A stretch of DNA of 63,259 nucleotides from Mustelus asterias (taxonomy: Eukaryota), in NCBI RefSeq assembly GCF_964213995.1, contig NW_027590578.1, positions 186,001-249,259 on the forward strand. The letters are read 5' to 3'. The notes under the pieces are model-generated. The model was not told where the DNA came from. It made no database searches and saw only the letters and a list, made by a program, of their open reading frames with translations. Positions 48,716-58,261 of this stretch are shown here, one piece after another; position 1 is the stretch's first letter; each line of letters begins with the position of its first letter. A program made the translations under genes and the position numbers.

Positions 48716-48775
48716 TGAATACTGGGAACACCAAGCCGGTTTTTGGAAGTGGAACCACACTCACGGTGATACCCA
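48716..48775 (+). CDS. TRAJ: J76 family B NTGNTKPVFGSGTTLTVIP
   Basis: 12-RSS, FGxG, donor. Confidence 0.9.
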
Positions 48776-49296
48776 GTAAGTGTTGTATTTCTGTCAGAAT
48801 AATATTACAAATCTAAGGGACAATGTAGCATGGCCAATCCCCCTAACCTAGACATCTTTGGACACTAAGGGGCAATTTAGCATGGCCAATCCACCTAACC
48901 TGCACATCTTTGGTCACTAAGGAACAATTTAGCATGGCCAATCCCCCTAACCTGCACATCTTTGGACACTAAGGGACAATTTAGCATGGCCAATCCACCT
49001 AACCTAGACATCTTTGTACACTAAGGGGCAATTTAGCATGGCCAATCCCCCTAACCTAGACATCTTTGTACACTAAGGGGCAATTTAACATGGCCAATCC
49101 CCCTAACCTGCACATCTTTGGTCACTAAGGGACAATTTAGCATGGCCAATCCCCCTAACCTGCGCATCTTTGGACACTAAGGGACAATTTAGCATGGCCA
49201 ATCCACCTAACCTAGACATCTTTGTACACTAAGGGGCAATTTAGCATGGCCAATCCACCTAACCTACACATCTTTGGACACTAAGGGACAATTGTG

Positions 49297-49358
49297 GGGC
49301 TTGAATGTGAGCAAAAAGTTTCTTTATGGAAGTGTTACTGATCTAATTGTGGAATCCA
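49297..49358 (+). pseudogene. J77 decayed J relic GLNVSKKFLYGSVTDLIVES
   Basis: J-like length, YGSV-T-x-L-x-V-E pattern and A|gtgagt donor; upstream RSS position occupied by 52-bp minisatellite, only ..tgtg remains. Confidence 0.6.
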
Positions 49359-49560
49359 GTGAGTGATCCAATTTCTCAGAATAATGTTACAGGGCTGATT
49401 TGAAATACATTCAGGGCTGTCATGAGTAATCTGGAAAAGCTAACAGAATTGGAATTCTTGGCTGCATCATCATTTATTGAGAATCAGTTGAGTGCTGATG
49501 ATGGCGGCACTTTGGGAGCCAGCAGGGTTCACAGTTCTTGTACAGGAAGAAGTTACTGTG

Positions 49561-49623
49561 TGGATGCTTCGGGGTTCGGGAAAATGGTATTCGGCAGGGG
49601 TACAAAGCTCACGGTTAATCCCG
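49561..49623 (+). CDS. TRAJ: J78 single-copy J DASGFGKMVFGRGTKLTVNP
   Basis: RSS agttcttgt-12-tactgtg; donor gtaag. Confidence 0.92.
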
Positions 49624-49679
49624 GTAAGAACTCACTTCCAGCTCCTGAGAATCATTCACGTCGACAGGTTTACAGGCAA

Positions 49680-50575
49680 TTTGGTGGCATAGTAGACAGT
49701 GAAGAAGGTTATCTCGGATTCCAACGGGATCTTGATCAATTGGGCCAGTGGGCTGACGAATGGCAGATGGAGTTTAATTTAGATAAATGCTAGGTGATGC
49801 ATTTTGGTAGATTGAACCAGTGCAGGACTTACTCAGTTAATGGTAGGGCGTTGGGGAGAGTTACAGAACAAAGAGATCTAGGGGTACAGGTTCATAGCTC
49901 CTTGAAAGTGGAGTCACAGGTGGACAGAGTGGTGAAGAAGGCATTCGGCATGCTTGGTTTCATTGGTCAGAACATTGAATACAGGAGTTGGGACGTCTTG
50001 TTGAAGTTGTACAATACATTGGTAAGGCCACACTTGGAAGACTGTGTACAGTTCTGGTCACCCTATTGTAGAAAGGAATTATTAAACTAGAAAGAGTGCA
50101 GAAAAGATTTATTAGAATGCTACCAGGACTTGATGGTTTGAGTTATAAGGAGAGGCTGGATAGACTGGAACTTTTTTCTCTGGAGCGTAGGAGGTTGAGG
50201 GGTGATCTTATAGAGGTCTATAAAATAATGAGGGGCATAGATCAGCGAGATAGTCAATATCTTTTCCCAAAGGTAGGAGAGTCTAAAACTCGAGGGCAAA
50301 GGTTTAAGGTGAGAGGGGAGGGATACAAAAGGGTCCAGAGGGGCAATTTTTTCAGAGGGTGGTGAGTGTCTGGAACGAGCTGCCAGAGGCAGTAGTAGAG
50401 GCAGGTACAATTTTGTCTTTTTAAAAGCGTTTAGATAGTTACATGGGTAAGATGGGTATAGAGGGATATGGGCCAAATGCGGGCAGTTGGGCCGAGCTTA
50501 GGGGTTTAAAAAAAGGGTGGAATGGACAAGTTGGGCCGAAGGGCCTGTTTCCATGCTGTAAACCTCTATGACTCT
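49680..50575 (+). mobile_element. 5'-truncated CR1-type LINE
   Basis: QRDLDQLGQWADEWQMEFN..KC..LVRPHLE; ctctatgactcta tail. Confidence 0.88.
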
Positions 50576-50923
50576 ACGATGTATGGGCAGCGCTGCCTAC
50601 ATAATGTGCACATTAAGCTTTTGGGGATGCAAGTAATGGTGAAACCTCATACAATAAGTCTCATTCTGTATTATTAAGGATGATAATGGGCCTCTCGGAT
50701 AGTTTATCAGTAAGTACCATCAGGGCATGAATGAGATGGGCCAAATGGCCTATATCTGTGCCGCAGACGCGAACCCCAGTTGGACGTCACGACTAACCGA
50801 GACGTTTTCGGAGTCAGAAATGGACAGAGGGGGGTGAAAGCAGAATGGTATGGGGGGGGTATTTCTTTCTGATGCCAGCTCTGGGAAGTGGCAGAGGTTT
50901 TAGTATCAGTGTATCGAGCTGTG

Positions 50924-50980
50924 CCAACCTCGGCAACCAGCTGATTTTTGGATCGGGGACCAGACTCCACGTCCTCCCAA
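50924..50980 (+). CDS. TRAJ: J79 most C-proximal J NLGNQLIFGSGTRLHVLP
   Basis: RSS ggttttagt-12-agctgtg; donor gtaag. Confidence 0.9.
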
Positions 50981-51357
50981 GTAAGGAAGCCAGATTCCCA
51001 AAGCGAGGTCCGTATGGAATTCTCCCCCCACCTCCCGGAGCAGGGAAACACGGTTCGGATTCCCTGCGGCGTGGGTCCAATTGAAGGGGGGGAGGGGGAG
51101 TTTTCCCATCTCGCTTGCCACGGGAATCGTAGCGGAGGGGAGGGAGCACACGGAGCAGGAAAAGGTCTGTTGGCCTCGGGCGGGATTTTCCAGTCTTAGT
51201 GTGCTGGAAAATTCCACCCAAGATTCAGTGTAATTTAGAGACTGTCGCTATAAAGGTGTTATCCGCAAATTAGTTGCCTTGGGGAAAATATGCGAGTGCG
51301 TTCTCAGTCGGGGAGATGAATCATCGCTGAATAAATATTCTCAGTTGAAGGCATTAT

Positions 51358-52965
51358 AGAACAAAGCAAATTACAGCACAGGAACAGGCCCTTCGGCCCT
51401 CCAAGCCTGCACCGACCATGCTGTCCTGACTTAACTAAAGCCCCCTACCCTTCCGGGGACCGTATCCCTCCATTCCCATCCTATTCATGTATTTGTCCAG
51501 ATGCCCCTTAAAACTCACTACCGTATCCGCTTCCACTCCCTCCCCCGGCAGCGAGTTCCAGGCACCCACCACCCTCTGTGTAAAAAAACTTGCCTCGTAC
51601 ATCTCCTTTAAACCTTGCCCCTCGCACCGTAAGGGCGGCACGGTAGCACAGTGGTTAGCACTGCTGCTTCACAACTCCAGGGTCCTGGGTTCGATTCCCG
51701 GCTCGGGTCACTGTCCGTGTGGAGTTTGCACATTCTCCTCGTGTCTGCGTGGGTTTCCTCCGGGTGCTCCGGTTTCCTCCCACAGTCCAAAGATGTGCAG
51801 GTTAGGTTGATTGGCCAGGTTAAAAATTGCCCCTTAGAATTCTAAAATGCATAGGTTAGAGGGATTAGCGGGTAAATATGTGGGGGTAGGGCTGGGTGGG
51901 ATTGTGGTCGGTGCTGACTCGATGGGCCGAATGGCCTCCTTCTGCACTGTAGGGTTTCTATGATTTCTATGACCTGTGCCCCTGAGTAATTGACTCTTCC
52001 ACCCTGGGGAAAAAGCTTCTGACTATCCATTCTGTCCATGTCCCTCATAATCTTGTAGACTTCTATCAGGTCTCCCCTCAACGTTCACGAGGGGTCATAG
52101 GTTCAAGGTGAAGGGGGGGAGGTTTAACACGGATATCAGAAGGACATATTTCACACAGAGGGTCGTGGGGGCCTGGAATGTGTTGCCGGGCAAGGTGGTG
52201 GAGGCGGACACACTGGGAACGTTTAAGACTTATCTAGACAGCTATATGAACGGAGTGGGAATGGAGGGATACAAAAGAGTGGTCTAGTTTGGACCAGGGA
52301 GCGGCGCGGGCTAATTGTTCCTTGTTTCTCGTTTCAAGGCTTCATTCTATGATCATCTTGCTGGTGCCAGTACAGAGCGAGACTGCGGATAGTTGGGAAC
52401 CTGTCTCGGGGGCAGGGAATTCATATGGTGTTTGTGGAAGTGGAAATGACTAGGGTTGGGAAGCATTTCCCGATCAGGGCCATTGTGATCTCCTGGACTC
52501 GTTTCGATCGCCTCAGGGGGTCGGAGAGGAATTTCCCAGATTTTTTTTCCCCATATTGGCCCTGGGGTTTTTCACTCTGGGTTTTCGCCTCTCCCTGGAG
52601 ATCACATGGTCTGGAATGGGGGGGGTGGGGGTGAGTTAATAGGTTGTGATGAACAAAGCATCGTAGCTGTGAGGGACAGCTCGGTGGATAGGATATTGGT
52701 ATGTAGATAGGCTGGAAATTTGGGCGGGGATCCTGGATTCAGAATTCAATCCTGGACCGGGGAGCGGCGCGGGCTTGGAGGGCCGAAGGGCCTGTTCCTG
52801 TGCTGTATTGTTCTTTGTTCAACCTCCGTCGTTCCAGTGAGAACAAACCAAGTTTCTCCAACCTCTCCTCACAGCTAATGCCCTCCATACCAGGCAACAT
52901 CCTGGTCAATCTTTTCTGTACCCTCTCCAAAGCCTCCACATCCTTCTGGCAGTGTGGCGACCATA
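51358..52965. mobile_element. Nested CR1 fragments in both orientations, with a SINE inserted
   Basis: FFTQRVVGAWNSLP and LERVQKRLTRMLPG fragments. Confidence 0.7.
51633..51972 (+). mobile_element. tRNA-derived V-SINE (HE1-like), near full length
   Basis: A box ggtagcacagtgg, B box ggttcgattcc, V-domain gtctgcgtgggtttcctccgggtgctccggtttcctcccacagtccaaaga, (tttctatga)n tail. Confidence 0.85.
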
Positions 52966-53810
52966 GCAAGATTATTAACTCTGATAATGTTCTGCGGGAA
53001 TCCGGGTTCGAATCCCGTCACGGCAGATGGTGGAATTTGAGTTCAATAAAATTAATCATAGAATCCCTACAGTGCAGAAGGAGGCCATTTGGCCCATCGA
53101 GTCTGCACTGACAACAATCCCACCCCAGCCATATTCCTGTAGCCCATACACACATACCCTGCTAATCCCCCTGACACTGGGCTCAATTTATACACAGCCC
53201 TCAGCTGGGTCCCTTCGATTCCCGGCTTGGGTCACTGTCTGTGCGCAGTTTGCACATTCTCCCCGTGTCTGCGTGGGTTTCCTCCGGGTGCTCCGGTTTC
53301 CTCCCACAGTCCGAAAGATTTGATTTGATTTATTATTGTCACATGTATTAACATACAGTGAAAAGTATTGTTTCTTGCGCGCTCTACAAAGCATACCGTT
53401 CATAGAGAAGGAAAGGAGAGAGTGCAGAATGTAGTGTTACAGCCATAGCTAGGGTGTAGAGAAAGATCAACTTAATGCGAGGTAGGTCCATTCAAAAGTC
53501 TGACGGCAGGGGGGAAGAAGCTGTTCTCGAGTCGGTCGGTACGTGGCCTCAGACTGTGCAAATGTGCTGGTTAGGGTGCATTGGCCGTGCTAAATTCTCC
53601 CTCAGTGTTACCCGAATAATCAAGGACCCCGTGCACCCCGGACATTCTCTCTTCCACCTTCTTCCATCTGGGGAAAAAAGTACAAAAGTCTGGGGTCACG
53701 TGCCAACCCACTCAAGAACAGCTTCTTCCCTGCTGCCGTCAGACGTTTGAAGGAGTCGACCTTGCATTAAGTCGGGGTCCTGTTTGTGATTTATGTAACG
53801 ATGCAGCCTA

Positions 53811-54092
53811 CGGTGGCGCAGTGGGTTAACACTGCTGCCTCGCAGCGCCAGGGACCCGGGTTCGATTCCCGGCTCGGGTCACTGTCTGTGCAGAGTTTGC
53901 ACACTCTCCCCGTGTCTGCGTGGGTTTCCTCCGGGTGCTCCGGTTTCCTCCCACAGTCCGAAAGATGTGCTGGTTAGGGTGCTAAATTCTCCCTCAGTGT
54001 AACAAGCGCCGGAGTGTGGGCGACTAGGGGATTTTCACAGTAACTTCATTGCAGTGTTAACGTAAGCTTTACTTGTGATTAATAAATGAACT
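53811..54092 (+). mobile_element. tRNA-derived V-SINE ending about 60 bp before the C-alpha acceptor
   Basis: A/B boxes and V-domain; its tail is shared with minus-strand fragments at about 835-1015 and 10120-10300. Confidence 0.8.
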
Positions 54093-54150
54093 TACTCACT
54101 CCCAGAGTTATTAAACCGTCCTTTATCTCTTCTCATTTGTCTCCTCACAG

Positions 54151-54429
54151 AGCAAAATGCTTTGAAACCGTCCATCTATATCCTGCCCCCGAGAGAGAGT
54201 GACCGCAAAGCATCGCCCGTGTGCCTGGTGACCGATTACTTCCCCAACAATGTCAGTATGTCCGTGTCGGCAGGCGGGCAGACCTCCAATCGGTCCCATG
54301 AGGGTGCCTCGCTGTCCCTCGCTGACAGGACTTACAGCATGGTGGGCTTCCTCAGCTCCTCGCAATCCACCCAGGACGGGGTATTTAACTGCATGTGTGA
54401 CTACGGATCCAAGAGACTGCCCCAAGATG
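54151..54429 (+). CDS. TRAC: TCR alpha constant exon 1 (Ig C1-like domain: QNALKPSIYILPP...PVCLVTDYFP...YSMVGFL...FNCMCDYGSKRLPQD)
   Basis: Polypyrimidine + cacag acceptor, phase matching J donors, 279 nt, PSIY and CLVTDYFP motifs, no C-strand Trp (typical of C-alpha), donor G|gtaag. Confidence 0.93.
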
Positions 54430-54521
54430 GTAAGTTCCTCTGCTTCCGTATCCTCCACACTTTCCAATCACGCATCGTTGATCTGGGATTGCTGCAATTT
54501 CCCATGTCTGTCTCATTCCAG

Positions 54522-54569
54522 GTCAAATCGAGCCACAATGCATTGAGGTCGAGGAAGATGAGGAGGGAG
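54522..54569 (+). CDS. TRAC: TCR alpha constant exon 2 (connecting peptide GQIEPQCIEVEEDEEG)
   Basis: ttccag acceptor, 48 nt phase 1-1, contains likely interchain Cys, donor G|gtgagt. Confidence 0.85.
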
Positions 54570-55680
54570 GTGAGTGTCTTGTGTGTGTGAGTGTCTTGTG
54601 TGTGTGAGTGTCTTGTGTGTGTGAGTGTCTTGTGTGTGTGAGTGTCTTGTGTGTGTGAGTGTCTTGTGTGTGTGAGTGTCTTGTGTGTGTGAGTGTCTTG
54701 TGTGAGTGAGTGTCTTGTGTGAGTGGGTGAGTGTCTTGTGTGAGTGGGTGAGTGTCTTGTGTGTGTGGGTGAGTGTCTTGTGTGTGTGGGTGAGTGTCTT
54801 GTGTGTGTGGGTGAGTGTCTTGTGTGTGTGGGTGAGTGTCTTGTGTGTGTGGGTGAGTGTCTTGTGTGTGTGTGAGTGTCTTGTGTGTGTGTGAGTGTCT
54901 TGTGTGTGTGTGAGTGTCTTGTGTGTGTGTGAGTGTCTTGTGTGTGTGTGAGTGTCTTGTGTGTGTGTGAGTGTCTTGTGTGTGTGTGAGTGCGTCTTGT
55001 GCGTGTGAGTGCGTCTTGTGCGTGAGCGAGCGAGTGAGTGCGTCTTGGGCGTGAGCGAGTGAGTGCATCTTGTGCGTGAGCGAGTGAGTGCATCTTGTGC
55101 GTGAGCGAGTGAGAGCGTCTTGGGCGTGAGCGAGTGAGTGCGTCTTGGGCGTGAGCGAGTGAGTGCGTCTTGGGCGTGAGCAAGTGAGTGTGTCTTGGGC
55201 GTGAGCGAGTGAGAGCGTCTTGGGCGTAAGCGAGTGAGTGAGAGCGTCTTGTGCGTGAGTGAGTGCGTCTTGGGCGTGAGTGAGTGAGTGCGTCTTGGGC
55301 GTGAGTGAGTGAGTGCGTCTTGCGCGTGAGCGAGTGAGTGCGTCTTGGGCGTGAGCGAGTGAGTGCGTCTTGCGCGTGAGTGAGTGCGTCTTGCGCGTGA
55401 GCGAGTGAGTGCGTCTTGGGCGTGAGCGAGTGAGAGCGTCTTGTGCGTGAGCGAGTGAGTGCGTCTTGGGCGTGAGCGAGTGAGTGCGTCTTGGGCGTGA
55501 GCGAGTGAGTGCGTCTTGGGCGTGAGCGAGTGAGAGCGTCTTGGGCGTGAGCGAGTGAGAGCGTCTTGGGCGTGAGCGAGTGAGTGCGTCTTGGGCGTGA
55601 GCGAGTGAGAGCGTCTTGGGCGTGAGCGAGTGAGTGCGTCTTGGGCGTGAGCGAGTGAGTGCGTCTTGGGCGTGAGCGTA
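54570..55680 (+). repeat. Compound GT-rich minisatellite in TRAC intron 2 (gtgagtgtcttgtgtgt evolving to gtgagcgagtgagtgcgtcttgggc)
   Basis: Direct tandem repeats starting exactly at the exon 2 donor. Confidence 0.92.
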
Positions 55681-55997
55681 TCTTGAGTGTGTCAAGTGCG
55701 TGGATGTCTTGGGTGTGAGTGAGTGAGAGTGTGTCTTGTGTGTGTATCCGTCGAGTGTGTGTGGGTGTTTGGGGGTGTGTGGCTGTCTTGGGTGTTTGGG
55801 GGTGTGTGGCTGTCTTGAGTGTGCGTGACACGAGTGTGAGTGTGAAGAGTTACTGAATATCTTAGCTTCAGTGTCTCGGAGTCTCGCTGTACACGGTGGG
55901 TCCCGTGTCACTCTGGGCTGGGCGTAAGTGAGGAAACATTTATTCAGGGGGAAAGACAGCTTGCTTACTTTCCGCTATGGCTTCCCTCTCTCCGCAG

Positions 55998-56104
55998 ATG
56001 AACAGGCGAACCTCCTTTCCCTGACCGTCTTCTGCTTGAGAATTCTTTTCCTGAAGAGCATTGTCTTCAACGTGCTGATGACCATCCGCGTCTGGGTCTC
56101 CTAA
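55998..56104 (+). CDS. TRAC: TCR alpha constant exon 3 (DEQANLLSLTVFCLRILFLKSIVFNVLMTIRVWVS*)
   Basis: ccgcag acceptor; TM with conserved R and K and FNxLMTxRxW signature; TAA 56102-56104, donor gtgag at 56107. Confidence 0.95.
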
Positions 56105-56329
56105 AGGTGAGGAACGAGGGGTGGAATTTTTCCGGGGGCGGGATTCTCCAGTCCCGCTGCGGTGAGCGGAGATGTGGCTGAGTGCCAGATTCTCCATCCT
56201 CGCCACCAGCGAAGGCAGCAGGGGTTGAAAGGGCGGGAAAATTGCAGAATGGGAGGAGATTGGTTGGGGAACCAATACCAATACAGACCACCTGAATCTG
56301 GAAGATCTATCAGTCCCTGTCCAGATGCA

Positions 56330-57145
56330 GCAAGATCTGGACAATATCCATGCTCGGGCAGAGACAGATTCACGCCACACAAGTGCCAGGCAACGACCAT
56401 CACCAATAAGAGACACTCTAACCACCGCCCCCTGACATTCAATGGTGTTACCATCACTGAATCCCCCACTGTCAACATCCTGGGGGTTACCATTGATTAG
56501 AAACTCAACTGGACTCACCACAGTGGCTCCCAGAGCAAGTCAGAGACTGGGCATCCTGCGGAGAGTAACTCACCTCCTGATTTTCCAACCAAAGCCTGTC
56601 CACCATCTACAAGGCACAAGTCAGGAGTGTGATGGAACACTCCCCACTTGCCTGGATGGGTGCAGCTCCAACAACACTCGAGAAGCTCAACACCATCCAG
56701 GACAAATCAGCCCCCTTGATTGGCACCCCATCTACAAACATCCACTCCCTCCACCACCGACGCTCAGTAGCAGCAGTGTGTACTATCTACAAGATGCACT
56801 GCAGCAATTCACCAAAGATCCTTAGACAGCACTTTCCAAACCCATGACCACTTCCATCTAGGAGGACAAGGGCAGCAGATACATGGGGAACACCACCGCC
56901 TGCAAGTTCCCCTCCAAACTACTCACCATCCCGACTTGGAAATATATCGGCCGTTCCTTCACAGTCACTGGGTCAAAATCCTGGAATTACCTCCCCAACG
57001 GCGCCATGGGTGTACCTACACCACATGGACTGCAGAGATTCAAGAAGGCAGCTCACCACCACCTTCTCAAGGGGCAACTAGAGAGGGGCAATAAATGCTG
57101 GCCCAGCCAGCGTCGCCCATGTCCCACGAATGAATGGAAGAAAAG
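56330..57145 (+). mobile_element. CR1/L2-like LINE 3' fragment in TRAC intron 3
   Basis: ILGVTID..LGILRR..EHSPLAW..SLHHRRSVAA RT C-terminal motifs, frameshifted. Confidence 0.7.
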
Positions 57146-57362
57146 ATCGATAGGTCTGTCTCTCGAAGAGTTTTGCAGCATGAAAAGGGGCCCGTTAGCC
57201 CATCAAGCCCCAATCCCAATCCCATTTTCCGAGCTACGCGCTCGCAGTAATGTTGGTTTTTCTTTTGGTTAATGTCTTACGGACACGTCCGATGAATATT
57301 TTCGCACAGCGGGGTGATCTGTCTCTGTACTGAACCCATCTGTTACCTCTTCCTCCCTCCAG

Positions 57363-58235
57363 ATGGAGAGCTGGACGCAAGGACAGGAGAGCGTGGCGAA
57401 GACTGGAAGATTGGTTGTGTCCCGCCGGGATGTGGAGTGACCTTCGCAGCGAATGGCATCTGTCATGTGTCCAATACATATGTGTATTTGTATGTGTCAG
57501 TCATGTTTTTGATGGATCTCCATGAATGTACGATGGCAAAATGTCTATCTGCCCGTCTAGAAGGACGGTGTAGCTTTCTAATCTCCTGTACGTACGGTTA
57601 CTGGTAAAGCTCTCCTTGTAGCCGTCTGAACAAAGATTACACGTGTATTTGTATCATTGGAAACTGTACATTTAATCGTGTGTACATTTGAGTTTTATCG
57701 TGGTTTATTTGTACAAGGTTTGACTTTTGCTGCAACAGAACCCGCCAATCAATCCGCGCTCTCTTCCCATGAAGTATAGATTGTTGTTTGCCTTTCTAGT
57801 CTGGGATGCTTGCCCGTCTGTCCTGATGAGTCCACGATGAAAAGCTTCGGCTGCATTGTCTTTTTTCCGTCAGCAATACGCTTTTGGAAGACCGACACCC
57901 TCTCGGCAGTGCTGACCACTGTGTCGCCGTGTACTGCCATGTCTCAAGTCCTCGTTACGAAGCCTGCACGTCAATTTGTGGGAGACCACTTCACCAACCC
58001 GTGGATGTAAATATTCTCAGAGACTGGTTCAAAGGCAGAGGTGTCGAGGCAATGTTACCGTGTCCGATGGACATTGAATGAGCGGCTTCGCTTTGGACTG
58101 AAATTGCAATGAGATGGCGCTTGCTGGTTTCGCGAGGACTATTCCTTAATATTGTTACTTTTTCCGCGGCATTTTATCATTGGAGGAACCCTTCTTATAT
58201 CGCTTGCCAATAAAAAACATTTCAACAACATTTAA
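57363..58235 (+). other. TRAC: Probable untranslated last exon (3' UTR) of TRAC
   Basis: Donor right after the stop implies another exon; strong acceptor ctcttcctccctccag ending at 57362; non-repetitive sequence; AATAAA at 58209-58214. Confidence 0.6.
58209..58214 (+). terminator. Candidate polyadenylation signal
   Basis: AATAAA at the end of the unique segment after the TRAC TM exon. Confidence 0.5.
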
Positions 58236-58261
58236 GTCGATGGTTTCTCATTCTGTCTCAT

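Larger units (their letters stand above)
474..50980 (+). other. TRAJ: TCR alpha J-segment cluster (79 J-type segments; for canonical Js the 12-RSS occupies the 28 bp before the J start)
   Basis: Repeated nonamer (GGTTTTTGT-like) + 12 bp + heptamer (..GTG) + 57-66 nt ORF with F-G-x-G-T-x-L-x-V-x-P + GT donor, lying upstream of a TCR-alpha-type C gene. Confidence 0.95.

Noticed and set aside
17273-48775. CRISPR-like look: constant repeats with short variable inserts
   Set aside because: Eukaryotic context, no cas genes; the variable parts are CDR3 codons between an RSS and FR4
50780-50792. CRE-like gacgtca upstream of J79 as a J promoter
   Set aside because: Single imperfect motif with no other support
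1-50980. V or D segments, or germline-joined VJ
   Set aside because: No leader/V exon with a YYC motif or 23-RSS seen; the Cys before Js in the ORF track (HCV, CCV) is just the translated heptamer
51633-51710. tRNA gene
   Set aside because: A/B boxes continue into a V-SINE body; this is a SINE head, not a tRNA
54401-55911. Long minus-strand ORFs (476 and 462 aa)
   Set aside because: Translations of the intron 2 minisatellite; low complexity
54151-56106. TCR delta or Ig light chain constant gene
   Set aside because: A TM exon excludes IgL; the very large J number, absence of D segments and Trp-less C domain favour alpha over delta
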